NCBI GenBank assembly: GCA_900552705.1 | Contig: USAX01000001.1 | Coordinates: 1 to 60,488 of the forward strand | Source: an uncultured Collinsella sp. | GTDB taxonomy: Bacteria; Actinomycetota; Coriobacteriia; Coriobacteriales; Coriobacteriaceae | DNA length: 60,488 bases | Direction of reading: 5' to 3' | Part shown: in pieces, positions 28,261 through 37,869 of the stretch | How positions within the stretch are numbered: position 1 is the stretch's first letter | How the letters are laid out: each line of letters begins with the position of its first letter | The notes under the pieces: generated by a model | What the model was told of the DNA's origin: nothing | The model's input: the letters and a program-made list of their open reading frames with translations, nothing else | Databases searched by the model: none | Position numbers and translations under genes: made by a program

Positions 28261-29256
28261 ATGACGGATCACAGCATCGTTGCGGTGTTCGGCAGCATGA
28301 ACATGGACCTTTCGGTGGCGTGCGAGCGCATGCCGCGCGCGGGCGAGACTGTCGGTGGCAGCGGTTTTATCACCAACGCCGGCGGTAAGGGAGCCAATCA
28401 GGCCGTTGCCGCTGCGCGCATGGGTGCGCGCACGTGCATGATCGGCGCTGTTGGGCGCGATACCTTTGGCGATGCGCTCGTGGCAGGGCTCCAGGATGCC
28501 GGCGTGGGCGTTGAGTTTGTGGCGCGTCGCGATGACGTGGAGACCGGTACCGCGACTATCATTCGCTGTGAGAGCGACAACCGCATCGTGCTGTCGCCGG
28601 GCGCCAACCATGCGCTTGCGGGCGAGGACGTTGCCCGCGCACTGAGGCGCTTGGTGGCCGACGAGCTCGACGGCGATGCCAGCGAGATTGCCCCGGCTGT
28701 CGGAAGCGTCTTTATTGCCCAGGGCGAATGTGACCTTGCGGCGACGGCCGAGGCGCTTGCTTGTGCTCACGAGCTGGGGTTCTATACGATCTTTAACCCG
28801 GCGCCCGCCTGCGACCTGCCGGCAGGAGCGTGGCCTGCGGTCGACCTGGTCTGCCCCAACGAGACCGAGTGCCAGATGCTGACGGGCATTCTGCCCACAG
28901 ATGATGCGAGTTGCGTCGCCGCGCTCAATGCGCTGCTCGACAAGGGCGCCGGCGCCGCGGTCATCACACTGGGCGGCGCCGGCTCGGTTACGCTCGGCGA
29001 TGGCGGTGAGCCGCTGCGCATGCCGGCGCTTTCGAGCGTGGTGGTCGATACGACGGCCGCGGGCGATACGTTTATTGGTGCGCTTGCTGCAGCTCGTCTG
29101 GAGGGTCTGCCGCTCTTTGAGTGCATGGCCGCGGGTGCTCGCGCCTCGGCGGTGACGGTATCGCGCCTGGGCGCTCAGCAATCAATTCCCACGCGTACGG
29201 AAGTCGAGCACAAGTTTGGGTCGGACGATTTAGTACAAGGCGGAGAAGCGGAGTAG
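28261..29256 (+). CDS. rbsK: Ribokinase (PfkB)
   Basis: GSMNMD, GGKGANQAVAAAR, NPAPA, PNETE and DTTAAGDTF. Confidence 0.88.
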   Translation: MTDHSIVAVFGSMNMDLSVACERMPRAGETVGGSGFITNAGGKGANQAVAAARMGARTCMIGAVGRDTFGDALVAGLQDAGVGVEFVARRDDVETGTATIIRCESDNRIVLSPGANHALAGEDVARALRRLVADELDGDASEIAPAVGSVFIAQGECDLAATAEALACAHELGFYTIFNPAPACDLPAGAWPAVDLVCPNETECQMLTGILPTDDASCVAALNALLDKGAGAAVITLGGAGSVTLGDGGEPLRMPALSSVVVDTTAAGDTFIGALAAARLEGLPLFECMAAGARASAVTVSRLGAQQSIPTRTEVEHKFGSDDLVQGGEAE

Positions 29257-29260
29257 AACA

Positions 29261-30235
29261 ATGGCAACCAAGAAGCTGATCCTTGATCTGGATATGGGTG
29301 TGGACGATGCGATGGCGCTCGCCTATGCCATCGCAAGCCCCGAGGTGGAGCTCGTCGGCATCACCACGTGCTTTGGCAACGTGCGCGTCGAGCAGTCGGC
29401 GCACAACTGCTTGGCGGTGCTCGACCTGTTGGGTCGTCCCGAGGTGCCGGTGTACCTGGGCGCCGATCGTCCCATGAAGGCGACCGAACCCTACACGCCG
29501 CCGGCGTCCACCACGCTTATCCACGGCAAGAACGGTATTGGCGGCGCAAGCGTGCCCGCTTCGCCGTAGGAGCCGGTGGGCGCGACGTCGGCCGATGGCA
29601 ATGCGGCGGTCGATTACCTGATTGATGCCGCGCGTACCTATGGCCCCGATTTGATCTACGTGGCGACCGGCCCGCTCTCCAATCTGTCGCTCGCCCTGGA
29701 GCGTGATGCGGCGGCGATGATGTCTATCGGTCGCGTGGTCGTGATGGGCGGTGCGCTTACCGTGCCCGGCAACGTGAGCGCGGGCGCCGAGGCCAACATG
29801 GCGGGCGACCCCGAGGCTGCCGACGCCGTGTTGCGCTCGGGCCGCAAGCTCACCATGGTGGGACTGGACGTGACGCATCGCGTGGTGCTCACGCGCCGCG
29901 ACGTTGCCGGCTGGACAGGCTCGGGCACCATGGCGGGCTGCGCATTTGCGAGCATGGTCGAGCACTACATTGGCTCGTACGAGATGAACGCGCCCTACCT
30001 GGGCGGCTGTGCGCTGCACGATCCTCTGGCCGTTGCCGTGGCGATCGATCCCACGCTCGTGGGCGCGCTCGGCTGCAATCTGCGCGTCGACCTGCTGGGC
30101 GAGTACCGAGGCCGCACCATCTGCGACGAGCACCGCCTGTCCGATCCGGATAAGAGCGCGCTCGTGGCGCTCACCGTGGACGCCCCACGTTTCCTCGCGG
30201 AGTTTAAGGCACGCATGGCTCGCATCCTTGGCTAA
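29261..30235 (+). pseudogene. IU-family nucleoside hydrolase with in-frame TAG at 29567-29569
   Basis: DLDMGVDDA, GN, HG, TGPLSN, MGG, AEAN...DPEAA, GLDVT and LHDP all lie in one frame across a single stop. Confidence 0.85.
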
Positions 30236-30438
30236 ACGGTTTCTGTGCCCCGTTCCAGATTAGCTACCGAGTAAATACGCCCGTTGGGGGAATAGTCGCG
30301 TCGCTTCGCTTGACAACAGGCTAAACTAGCTATTAAACATTTACTATTCTGTTTAGATTGAATTTGCGGTCGTTTAGTTGTCGAGTCACGGGGCGGTCAG
30401 GCCACGATGCTCGACAGCGGCCGTTGCTAGGGGGAACA

Positions 30439-31449
30439 ATGGCTAAAGCAAGTGTTCGCGAGATCAGCCGCATTACCGGTTTTTCGCCTGCGACCGTGTC
30501 CAACGCGCTCAACCGCAAGCGCAGCGTGAGCGAGGAGACCGCCAAGGTCATCCTGGAGTGCGCGCAGTCGCTCGGCTATCAGCAGTCGACGCAACTCGAG
30601 AGCATCCAGTTTGTGCTCACGCGCAAGACGGGCGCCATCCTGGACGAGAGCACCTTCCATCCCGCGGTTATTGAGGGCGTGGAGCGCCAGGCGCGTCGCC
30701 ACGGCATGAGCACGAGCTTTGTCTCGCTCGACTTTAGCGACCTGGACGCCGTGCGTCCGCAGGTCGAGGGCCTGATCGCCGACCCGTCTGCCGCCATCGT
30801 GCTGATGGGTACCGAGCTGGGTGAGGAAGATTACGCCCTGTTCGCCAACGCTGCCGCCCACCTGATCGTGCTCGACGGCTGGAGCGACCGCCAGTACTTT
30901 GATGCCGTAGTCATTGCCAATACCGATTCGGTGCTGCGCGCCGTGGACTACCTTATCGAGAAGGGTCACAGGCAAATCGGCTATCTGGCAGGCGATCTTC
31001 GTATCCGCAACTTTAAGGATCGCGAGCGCGGCTATCGCCAAGCACTTGAGGATGCGGGCCTCGAGGCAAACCCGGCATGGCGCGTCACGCTGGGCACCAC
31101 GCTCGAAGGTGCCTATCGCGATATGGGTGCATGGCTCGACAGCGTCTCACGCGACGACCTGCCGACGGCTTTCTTTGCCGAGAACGACGTGCTCGCCGTG
31201 GGTGCCATGCGCGCGTTCAACGAGCACGGCATTCGCGTGCCCGAGGATGTCTCGATCATCGGCTTTGACGACCTATCTCTGGGCGCCTTCTCCAACCCGC
31301 CACTCACCACGGTGCATGTTCCCAAACACGAGGTGGGCGAGATCGCGGTGCGCCGTCTGGTGGGTAACATCCGCAATCCCAAGAGCTATACCTGCAAAAC
31401 GGCCGTGTCGACCTATTTTGTCGAGCGCCAGAGCGTGCGCGAAATCTAG
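30439..31449 (+). CDS. LacI-family transcriptional regulator
   Basis: HTH VREISRITGFSPATVSNALN; VPEDVSIIGFDD and PPLTTV. Confidence 0.92.
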   Translation: MAKASVREISRITGFSPATVSNALNRKRSVSEETAKVILECAQSLGYQQSTQLESIQFVLTRKTGAILDESTFHPAVIEGVERQARRHGMSTSFVSLDFSDLDAVRPQVEGLIADPSAAIVLMGTELGEEDYALFANAAAHLIVLDGWSDRQYFDAVVIANTDSVLRAVDYLIEKGHRQIGYLAGDLRIRNFKDRERGYRQALEDAGLEANPAWRVTLGTTLEGAYRDMGAWLDSVSRDDLPTAFFAENDVLAVGAMRAFNEHGIRVPEDVSIIGFDDLSLGAFSNPPLTTVHVPKHEVGEIAVRRLVGNIRNPKSYTCKTAVSTYFVERQSVREI

Positions 31450-31511
31450 GCGGAGACGGCATTGCCTGCAGCGTGCCAAAGCTCGCTAGGGCAGTTAACA
31501 TAGTGCCATTC

Positions 31512-31540
31512 AGAAGAGGGTCCTTCGGGGCCCTCTTTTT
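31512..31540 (+). terminator. Intrinsic terminator after the lacI-like gene
   Basis: agagggtcc-ttcg-gggccctct-tttt. Confidence 0.75.
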
Positions 31541-31552
31541 GTTGCCCTTGTA

Positions 31553-31686
31553 TGTTCAGATTGTTTACATACCGTTTAGGCTGATTTCTCTACCGTTTAC
31601 GAGACTTTCGCGCTAAACTTTTAAACAAAAGAGTAAAACATTTAGTAAACAGAACAAAACGAAACACACATCTGTTTACTGAACAT
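31553..31686. promoter_or_regulatory. AT-rich promoter with TAAAC/GTTTA half-sites (probable LacI operators)
   Basis: taaactttta, aaaacattta and gtaaacag...ctgtttac; similar taaacattta/tgttta upstream of the lacI-like gene (30334-30355). Confidence 0.5.
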
Positions 31687-31706
31687 GTGATAAGGGGAGG
31701 ACGTAC

Positions 31707-33107
31707 ATGGATAAGATCAAGCTCGGCTTTGTACCCACGCGCCGCAGCATCTTTAGCGCGCCGGACGCGATCAAGTATCGCGGCCTGACGGCTGATCGTC
31801 TGCGCGAGATCGGCGTCGACATCGTGGATATCGACGACATCAACGACGAGGGCCTGCTGTTCGACGACAGCCATATCGCGCCTATCGTCGAGAAGTTCCG
31901 CGCCGAGGGCGTCGACGGCATCATGCTGTGCCACGCCAACTTTGGTACCGAGTATGTCTGCGCCCGCCTTGCGCGCGAGCTCGGCTTGCCCGTGCTGCTG
32001 TGGGGCCCGCGCGACGAGCGCCCCGAGCCCGACGGCACTCGTCTGCGCGACAGCCAGTGCGGTCTGTTCGCGACCGGCAAGGTCCTGCGTCGCTTCCAGG
32101 TTCCCTTCACCTACATGACCAACTGCCGTCTGACCGATCCCGAGTTCGAGCGCGGTGTCTGGGACTTTTTGGCCGTGTGCAACGTGGTCAAGACTTTCAA
32201 GCACACCCGCATCCTGCAGATGGCCACTCGCCCGTTCGACTTCTGGTCCACCATGTGCAACGAGGGCGAGCTGCTCGAGAAGTTCAACATTCAGCTTTCG
32301 CCCATCCCCATGACCGAGCTTGTCCAGGCCGTGCGCGACGCCCAGGCCGACGAGCAGGCCATGGCAGCCATGCTCGCCCACATTGGTGACAGCTTTGAGA
32401 TCTGCATTCCCGAGGACAAGGTCCCCGCGGTCGCCGGTCTTGCTATCGCCATGAAGCGCTTGGTCGAGAAGTATGGCTGCAACGCCGGTGCCATTCAGTG
32501 CTGGAACGCTCTGCAGGACGAGCTGGGCATTATGCCCTGCGCTGCCAACGCCATCCTCAACGAGATGGGCATTCCTATCGTATGCGAGACCGATATCCAC
32601 GGCGCCATCACCGCGCTGATGGTCGAGGCCGCCGACCTGGGCCGTCACCGCGGCATGTTTGCCGACTGGACTGTGCGTCATCCCGACAACGAGAACGGCG
32701 AGCTGCTGCAGCACTGCGGCCCCTGGCCCTGCAGCTGCGCGGCCGTCAAGCCCAAGCTCACTTACCCGCTGGCTTTCGATCACCCCGGCGCGCTGACGGC
32801 CGAGGCCAAGCACGGCGACCTCACCCTTGCCCGCTTTGACGGCGACAACGGCGAGTACTCGCTGCTGCTGGGCAACGCCCGCGGCATCGACGGCCCGGCC
32901 GGCATGGGCACCTACCTGTGGGTCGAGGTCGACAACCTCAAGCGCCTCGAGGCCAAGATCGTCGAGGGTCCCTACATCCACCACTGCGTCGCCATTCACG
33001 CCAACGTGGTGCCGGTGCTCTACGAGGCGTGCAAGTACATCGGCATTGTCCCCGACCTGTACGACCCCATCGAAGAAGACGTCAAAGCTTACCTGCGAGG
33101 AGAGTAG
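31707..33107 (+). CDS. L-fucose/L-arabinose isomerase-like protein
   Basis: NFGTE, RDSQCG, QCW, CETDIHGAIT, HCGP and IHHC. Confidence 0.8.
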   Translation: MDKIKLGFVPTRRSIFSAPDAIKYRGLTADRLREIGVDIVDIDDINDEGLLFDDSHIAPIVEKFRAEGVDGIMLCHANFGTEYVCARLARELGLPVLLWGPRDERPEPDGTRLRDSQCGLFATGKVLRRFQVPFTYMTNCRLTDPEFERGVWDFLAVCNVVKTFKHTRILQMATRPFDFWSTMCNEGELLEKFNIQLSPIPMTELVQAVRDAQADEQAMAAMLAHIGDSFEICIPEDKVPAVAGLAIAMKRLVEKYGCNAGAIQCWNALQDELGIMPCAANAILNEMGIPIVCETDIHGAITALMVEAADLGRHRGMFADWTVRHPDNENGELLQHCGPWPCSCAAVKPKLTYPLAFDHPGALTAEAKHGDLTLARFDGDNGEYSLLLGNARGIDGPAGMGTYLWVEVDNLKRLEAKIVEGPYIHHCVAIHANVVPVLYEACKYIGIVPDLYDPIEEDVKAYLRGE

Positions 33108-33109
33108 AA

Positions 33110-33946
33110 ATGGCAACTATCGAAGAGCTTGAATCCCTGCGTTGGGACCTTCGCCGCGATTGCGTCGATATCATCATGGCTGGCGCCGGCGGGCACATCG
33201 GCGGCGACATGTCGGTCATCGATGCGCTGATGACCCTCTACGCCAACCACCTCAACATTTCTCCCGAGACCGTCGACGATCCCAACCGCGATCGCTTCGT
33301 GCTCTCCAAGGGCCACGCCATGGAGGCCTACTACGCGGTGCTCTGCCACGAGGGCTATCTTGACCTCGATGACGTCAAGGCCCGCTTCTCCAAGTTCGGC
33401 AGCCCCTACATCGGCCACCCCAACAACAAGCTCAAGGGCATCGAGATGAACTCGGGCTCGCTGGGTCACGGCCTGCCCGTGGCCGTCGGGATGGCGCTTG
33501 CCGGCAAGATGGATGGCCGCGACTACCGCGTCTACACCATCATGGGCGACGGCGAGCTTGCCGAGGGCTCGGTCTGGGAGGGCGCCATGAGCGGCGGCAA
33601 CTACCAGCTCGATAACCTGTGCGCGCTCGTGGACCGCAACCGCCTGCAGATCAGCGGCAGCACCGAGGACGTCATGAAGCAGGATTCGCAGGAGGAGCGC
33701 TGGGCCGCCTTCGGTTGGAACGTGCTGTCCATTCCGGGCAACGACGTCCAGGCCATCGACGCCGCGCTGACGCTGGCCGCCGAGACCAAGGGTAAGCCCA
33801 CGGTCATCATCCTCAACACGGTGAAGGGCTACGGCTCGCCGGTTATGGAGGACAAGGCCGCCTGGCATCATCACCTGCCCAACGATGAGGAATATGCCCA
33901 GATCATCGCCGATTTCGCTGCCCATAAGGAGGCTATCAATGGCTAA
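33110..33946 (+). CDS. Transketolase N-terminal (TPP-binding) subunit
   Basis: GHIGG, DRFVLSKGH, GSLGHG, GDGELAEG...N and TVKG. Confidence 0.93.
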   Translation: MATIEELESLRWDLRRDCVDIIMAGAGGHIGGDMSVIDALMTLYANHLNISPETVDDPNRDRFVLSKGHAMEAYYAVLCHEGYLDLDDVKARFSKFGSPYIGHPNNKLKGIEMNSGSLGHGLPVAVGMALAGKMDGRDYRVYTIMGDGELAEGSVWEGAMSGGNYQLDNLCALVDRNRLQISGSTEDVMKQDSQEERWAAFGWNVLSIPGNDVQAIDAALTLAAETKGKPTVIILNTVKGYGSPVMEDKAAWHHHLPNDEEYAQIIADFAAHKEAING

Positions 33947-34880
33947 CAAGATCGCCAACCGCAAGGTTATCTGCGACACGCTGCTCGAGGCCGCCGCAAC
34001 CGATAAAGACATCGTCGTCCTGTGCTCCGACTCCCGCGGCTCCGCGTCGCTCACGCCGTTCTTCGATCAGTATCCCCAGCAGTCCATTGAGGTCGGCATT
34101 GCCGAGCAGGACCTGGTGAGCATCGCTGCCGGCATGGCCTCGTGCGGTAAGAAGGCCTGGGCCGCCTCGCCGGCGTCCTTTGTGACCACGCGTTCGTATG
34201 AGCAATGCAAGGTCGACGTTTCGTACTCCAACACCAACGTCAAGCTCATCGGCATCTCGGGCGGCGTGTCCTATGGCGCCCTGGGTATGAGCCACCATTC
34301 TGCGCAGGATATCGCCGCTATGAGCGCGATTCCCAACATGCGCGTGTATCTGCCGAGTGACCGCTTCCAGACCGCCGAGCTTGTGCGCGCCCTGGTAGCC
34401 GACAACAAGCCGGCCTACATCCGCGTGGGCCGCAACCCGGTCGAGGACGTGTACACCGAGGACGAGTGCCCGTTCCAGATGGACCGCGCCACCTGGGTGC
34501 GTCGCGGCACCGATGTGACGATTGTCGCCACCGGCGAGATGGTCCGCCATGCCGTGGACGCCGCCGACCTGCTGGCCGAGCAGGGCATCTCGGCAACGGT
34601 GCTCGACATGTACTGCGTCAAGCCGCTCGATACCGAGGCCGTGATCGAGGCCGCCGGGGCTACGCGCGCTGTCGTGACCGTCGAGGAGCACAGCCCCTTC
34701 GGCGGCCTGGGTTCCATGGTCGCGCAGGTCGTGGGCGAGCATTGCCCGCGTCCGGTCAAGTGCCTGAGCCTGCCCGACGCGCCGGTCATCACCGGCACGA
34801 GCCCCGAGGTCTTCGCGCACTACGGCCTCACCGGCGAAGGCATTGCCAAGACGGTTGCCGAGTTCCTGCCTGCAGAGTAA
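33939..34880 (+). CDS. Transketolase C-terminal subunit
   Basis: GIAEQ, RSYEQ, GMSHH, PAYIR, VKPLD and EEH...GGLG. Confidence 0.93.
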   Translation: MANKIANRKVICDTLLEAAATDKDIVVLCSDSRGSASLTPFFDQYPQQSIEVGIAEQDLVSIAAGMASCGKKAWAASPASFVTTRSYEQCKVDVSYSNTNVKLIGISGGVSYGALGMSHHSAQDIAAMSAIPNMRVYLPSDRFQTAELVRALVADNKPAYIRVGRNPVEDVYTEDECPFQMDRATWVRRGTDVTIVATGEMVRHAVDAADLLAEQGISATVLDMYCVKPLDTEAVIEAAGATRAVVTVEEHSPFGGLGSMVAQVVGEHCPRPVKCLSLPDAPVITGTSPEVFAHYGLTGEGIAKTVAEFLPAE

Positions 34881-34886
34881 CTGGAA

Positions 34887-34917
34887 TGTGACAAAGGGAC
34901 AGTCCCTTTGTCACATT
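34887..34917. repeat. GGGAC-tagged palindrome inside the operon
   Basis: atgtgacaaagggac-a-gtccctttgtcacat. Confidence 0.75.
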
Positions 34918-34936
34918 CGTTTTGAAAGGGGTGGCC

Positions 34937-36427
34937 ATGGGCCGCTACATCATCGGAATCGATCAATCCACGCAGGGCACGAAGGCGCTGCTGGTGGACG
35001 AGGGCGGCCATCTGATCCATCGCGCCGACCGCTCGCATCGCCAGATTGTCAACGAGGCCGGCTGGGTGAGCCATGATCCGGCCGAGATTGCCGCCAACGT
35101 GCTGGCCGTGGCGCGTGCCGTGGTGGAGGAGACCGGGGTCGATCCGGCCGACATCGCCGGCATTGGCATCTCTAACCAGCGCGAGACCACCGTTGCCTGG
35201 AACCGTACGACGGGCGAGCCGCTGTGCGACGCCGTGGTGTGGCAGTGCGCCCGTGCCCGCGAGCTGTGCGACGAGCTGGCCGCGCGCGAGGGCGTGGCCG
35301 AGCTGGTGCGTGACACGACGGGCCTGGTGCTCTCGCCCTACTACCCGGCGGGCAAGATGGCCTGGATCCTCGCGAACGTTCCCGCGGCTGCCGAGGCCGC
35401 TGCAGCGGGCGAGCTGTGCCTGGGCACCATCGATGCCTGGGTGGTCTGGACGCTCACGGGCGGCGCGGAGTTCCGCTGCGACTGGTCCAATGCCAGCCGC
35501 ACGCAGCTCTTTGACCTGCGCCGTGGCTGCTGGAGCGAGCCGGTGTGCGAGGCTTTTGGTGTCGATCCTGCCTGCCTGCCGCAGGTGACCGATTCCGATG
35601 GCCTGTTCGGCACAACGGACCTGGGCGGCTTTTTGCCGGCACTCGTGCCGGTGCACGGCGTGCTGGGCGACAGCCATGCGGCCTTGTTTGCCCAGGGCTG
35701 CCATAGCCGCGGCATGGCCAAGGCGACCTATGGTACCGGCAGCTCGGTCATGATGAACGTTGGCGACGAGTTCGTTGCCAGCTCACACGGGCTTTCGAGC
35801 TCGCTTGCGTGGCGTATGGACGGCGTGACCGAGTACGTGCTCGAGGGCAACGTGAGCTACGCCGGCGCCGTCAAGACATGGCTACGCGACGACCTGGAGC
35901 TCATCAACAATCCCGAGGAAGTCACCGACCTGTGCTACGCCGCCAATCCGGCGAGCCGCGTCTACTTTGTGCCGGCGTTCACTGGCCTGGGCGCGCCGCA
36001 CTGGGCGAGCGATGCCGAGGGCTGCGTCTTTGGCATGACACGCACCACGGGCCGTGCGGAGTTCGTGAAGGCTGCCGATGAGTCGATCGCCTATCAGATC
36101 TTCGACGTCATCGATGCGATGGTCGAGGATTCGGGCGCGGCGCTGGCCGAGCTTCGTGTTGATGGCGGTCCCACGCGCGATGCGTACCTGATGCAGTTTG
36201 AGAGCGACTTGGTCGGCTCGCCCATCCGCATTGCGAGCAACGACGAGATGAGCGGTCTGGGCGCGGCCTGGGCCTGCGGCATTGCGCTGGGCATGTACAC
36301 GCGCGACGTCGTTGACGTCTACGGCGCCCGCGGCATCGTGGAGCCTGCCATGTCTGCCGACGAACGAGTCAAAAAGATCGCCGGCTGGCGCCATGCCGTC
36401 AAATCAACAATTGCATACACTGCCTAG
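34937..36427 (+). CDS. FGGY-family sugar kinase (GlpK/AplK-like)
   Basis: IDQSTQGTK, NQRETT, VWQC, ASRT, GDSHAA, TYGTG, PAFTGLGAP and VDGG. Confidence 0.88.
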   Translation: MGRYIIGIDQSTQGTKALLVDEGGHLIHRADRSHRQIVNEAGWVSHDPAEIAANVLAVARAVVEETGVDPADIAGIGISNQRETTVAWNRTTGEPLCDAVVWQCARARELCDELAAREGVAELVRDTTGLVLSPYYPAGKMAWILANVPAAAEAAAAGELCLGTIDAWVVWTLTGGAEFRCDWSNASRTQLFDLRRGCWSEPVCEAFGVDPACLPQVTDSDGLFGTTDLGGFLPALVPVHGVLGDSHAALFAQGCHSRGMAKATYGTGSSVMMNVGDEFVASSHGLSSSLAWRMDGVTEYVLEGNVSYAGAVKTWLRDDLELINNPEEVTDLCYAANPASRVYFVPAFTGLGAPHWASDAEGCVFGMTRTTGRAEFVKAADESIAYQIFDVIDAMVEDSGAALAELRVDGGPTRDAYLMQFESDLVGSPIRIASNDEMSGLGAAWACGIALGMYTRDVVDVYGARGIVEPAMSADERVKKIAGWRHAVKSTIAYTA

Positions 36428-36477
36428 GCGGCTGCGCGGCACCCAAGGATTTTTCTGGGGATTAAAAACTCATTGAT

Positions 36478-36570
36478 CCCCGTCCCGGGCAGCTCATTTG
36501 GGACGGGGCTTTTTTGACTGGTATGATTGGTGCGATCATTCGAACCAGCTAAAAGAGCCCCGTCCCAAAT
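36478..36570. repeat. CCCCGTCCC/GGGACGGGG repeat triplet (terminator plus REP-like doublet)
   Basis: 36496-36515 versus 36551-36570, 19/20 complementary; U tract at 36510-36515. Confidence 0.7.
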
Positions 36571-36591
36571 TGACTACCGAGAGGATCTGCC

Positions 36592-37080
36592 ATGGAGCGT
36601 ATCGCGAGTTTTTCCGTTGACCATCTGCTGCTTGAGCCCGGCGTGTATGTGAGCCGTATCGACCGCGATCCGGCGACCGGCGCCGCCGTCACCACGTTTG
36701 ACCTGCGCCTGACCACGCCCAACAAAGAGCCGGTCATGAACACGGCCGAGTGCCACACCATCGAGCACCTGGGCGCGACGTTCCTGCGCAATCATGCCGA
36801 GTGGTCGAGCCGTATCGTCTACTTTGGGCCCATGGGCTGTCGCACGGGCTTTTACCTGGTTGTTTTTGGTGAGCTGACGAGCGAGGAAATCTTGCCGCTC
36901 GTGCGCGAGCTGTTCGAGTTTGTCGCGGGCTTTGAGGGCGATGTCCCCGGCGCCGCTCCCGAGGAGTGCGGTAACTATCTGGACCAGAACCTCCCCATGG
37001 CAAACTGGCTCGCGCGCCGCTATCTCGACCGTGACCTGGCCGATATCGACGAGAAGCGCCTGCACTACCAGCAGGCGTAA
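36592..37080 (+). CDS. luxS: S-ribosylhomocysteine lyase (AI-2 synthase)
   Basis: SFSVDH, FDLR...PN, HTIEH, GPMGCRTGFY and CGNY. Confidence 0.96.
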   Translation: MERIASFSVDHLLLEPGVYVSRIDRDPATGAAVTTFDLRLTTPNKEPVMNTAECHTIEHLGATFLRNHAEWSSRIVYFGPMGCRTGFYLVVFGELTSEEILPLVRELFEFVAGFEGDVPGAAPEECGNYLDQNLPMANWLARRYLDRDLADIDEKRLHYQQA

Positions 37081-37224
37081 GGGCTTTATCGTCCAATACG
37101 CGCGCATTGGGCGCCTTCGCTTATGCGGGGGCGCCTTTTTGTTGAGTGGCCGGGATGAGCGTTCAAAATCGCTCATGTTTGTTCTAGAATGTTTGTATAG
37201 TCACATTTATGAACAGGAGTGAAC

Positions 37225-37869
37225 ATGCATATCTACTCTGTCAACGATCCCGAGTTCAAATCCTATGGCAACGTTTGGGATAACGTTCCGTCCGAGCTCA
37301 CGTCGCCCGTGCTCGAGGCGCTCTCTGCCACGCCCATCCCCGAGGGCAGCAAGTACGTAGCAAGCGCGCCGGAGCTCGAGGGCGTCAAGGATGCCGACAA
37401 ATTGGGCTTTCTCATGTTTGGCGGTCGTCCCTTCCAGCTCGGCTGGTGCAACGGCCACAACACGCAGCTCAACTGCCTGGAGTATCATCGCGCCAGCGAG
37501 TTTAACCTGGGCGCCCGCGACTTTATCCTGCTCGTGGCGCATCGCTGGGAGATCGAGGACGGCAAGCTCGACACCGCGTGCGTCAAGGCGTTCCGCGTGC
37601 CGGCGGGTACGGTCGTCGAAGTCTTCAACACCACGCTCCACTACACGCCGTGCATGGTCGACGATGGCGGCTTCCAGGTGATGGTTGCGCTGCCCGCCGG
37701 CACCAATGGTCCGCGCCCCGAGGCTGCAGCCGACATGCCTGCCGCCGGTGACAGCTACTGCTACTGGAAGGCCGACAAGTGGGTCCTCTGCCACGCCGAC
37801 AGCCCCAAGGCAGCCGAAGGCGGCTACGTGGGCCTCGTCGGCAAGAACCTCGACATCGCCGTGGACTAG
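37225..37869 (+). CDS. DUF4867-like (cupin-fold) protein
   Basis: GWCNGHNTQLNCLEYHRASE, TLHYTP and LPAGTN; AGGAG RBS. Confidence 0.7.
   Translation: MHIYSVNDPEFKSYGNVWDNVPSELTSPVLEALSATPIPEGSKYVASAPELEGVKDADKLGFLMFGGRPFQLGWCNGHNTQLNCLEYHRASEFNLGARDFILLVAHRWEIEDGKLDTACVKAFRVPAGTVVEVFNTTLHYTPCMVDDGGFQVMVALPAGTNGPRPEAAADMPAAGDSYCYWKADKWVLCHADSPKAAEGGYVGLVGKNLDIAVD

Noticed and set aside
29567..29569. Pyrrolysine readthrough of the TAG
   Set aside because: No pyl genes in the window, the position is a non-catalytic loop, and TAG is a common stop codon here.
31590..33116. Long antisense ORFs (this one, 13557-14747, 47813-49177, 54327-55703 and others)
   Set aside because: Shadow frames of high-GC genes, with no recognisable motifs.
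34937..36427. Calling the kinase glpK
   Set aside because: DQSTQGTK and GDSH differ from the canonical DQGTTSSR and GDQQ, and no glpF/glpD is nearby.
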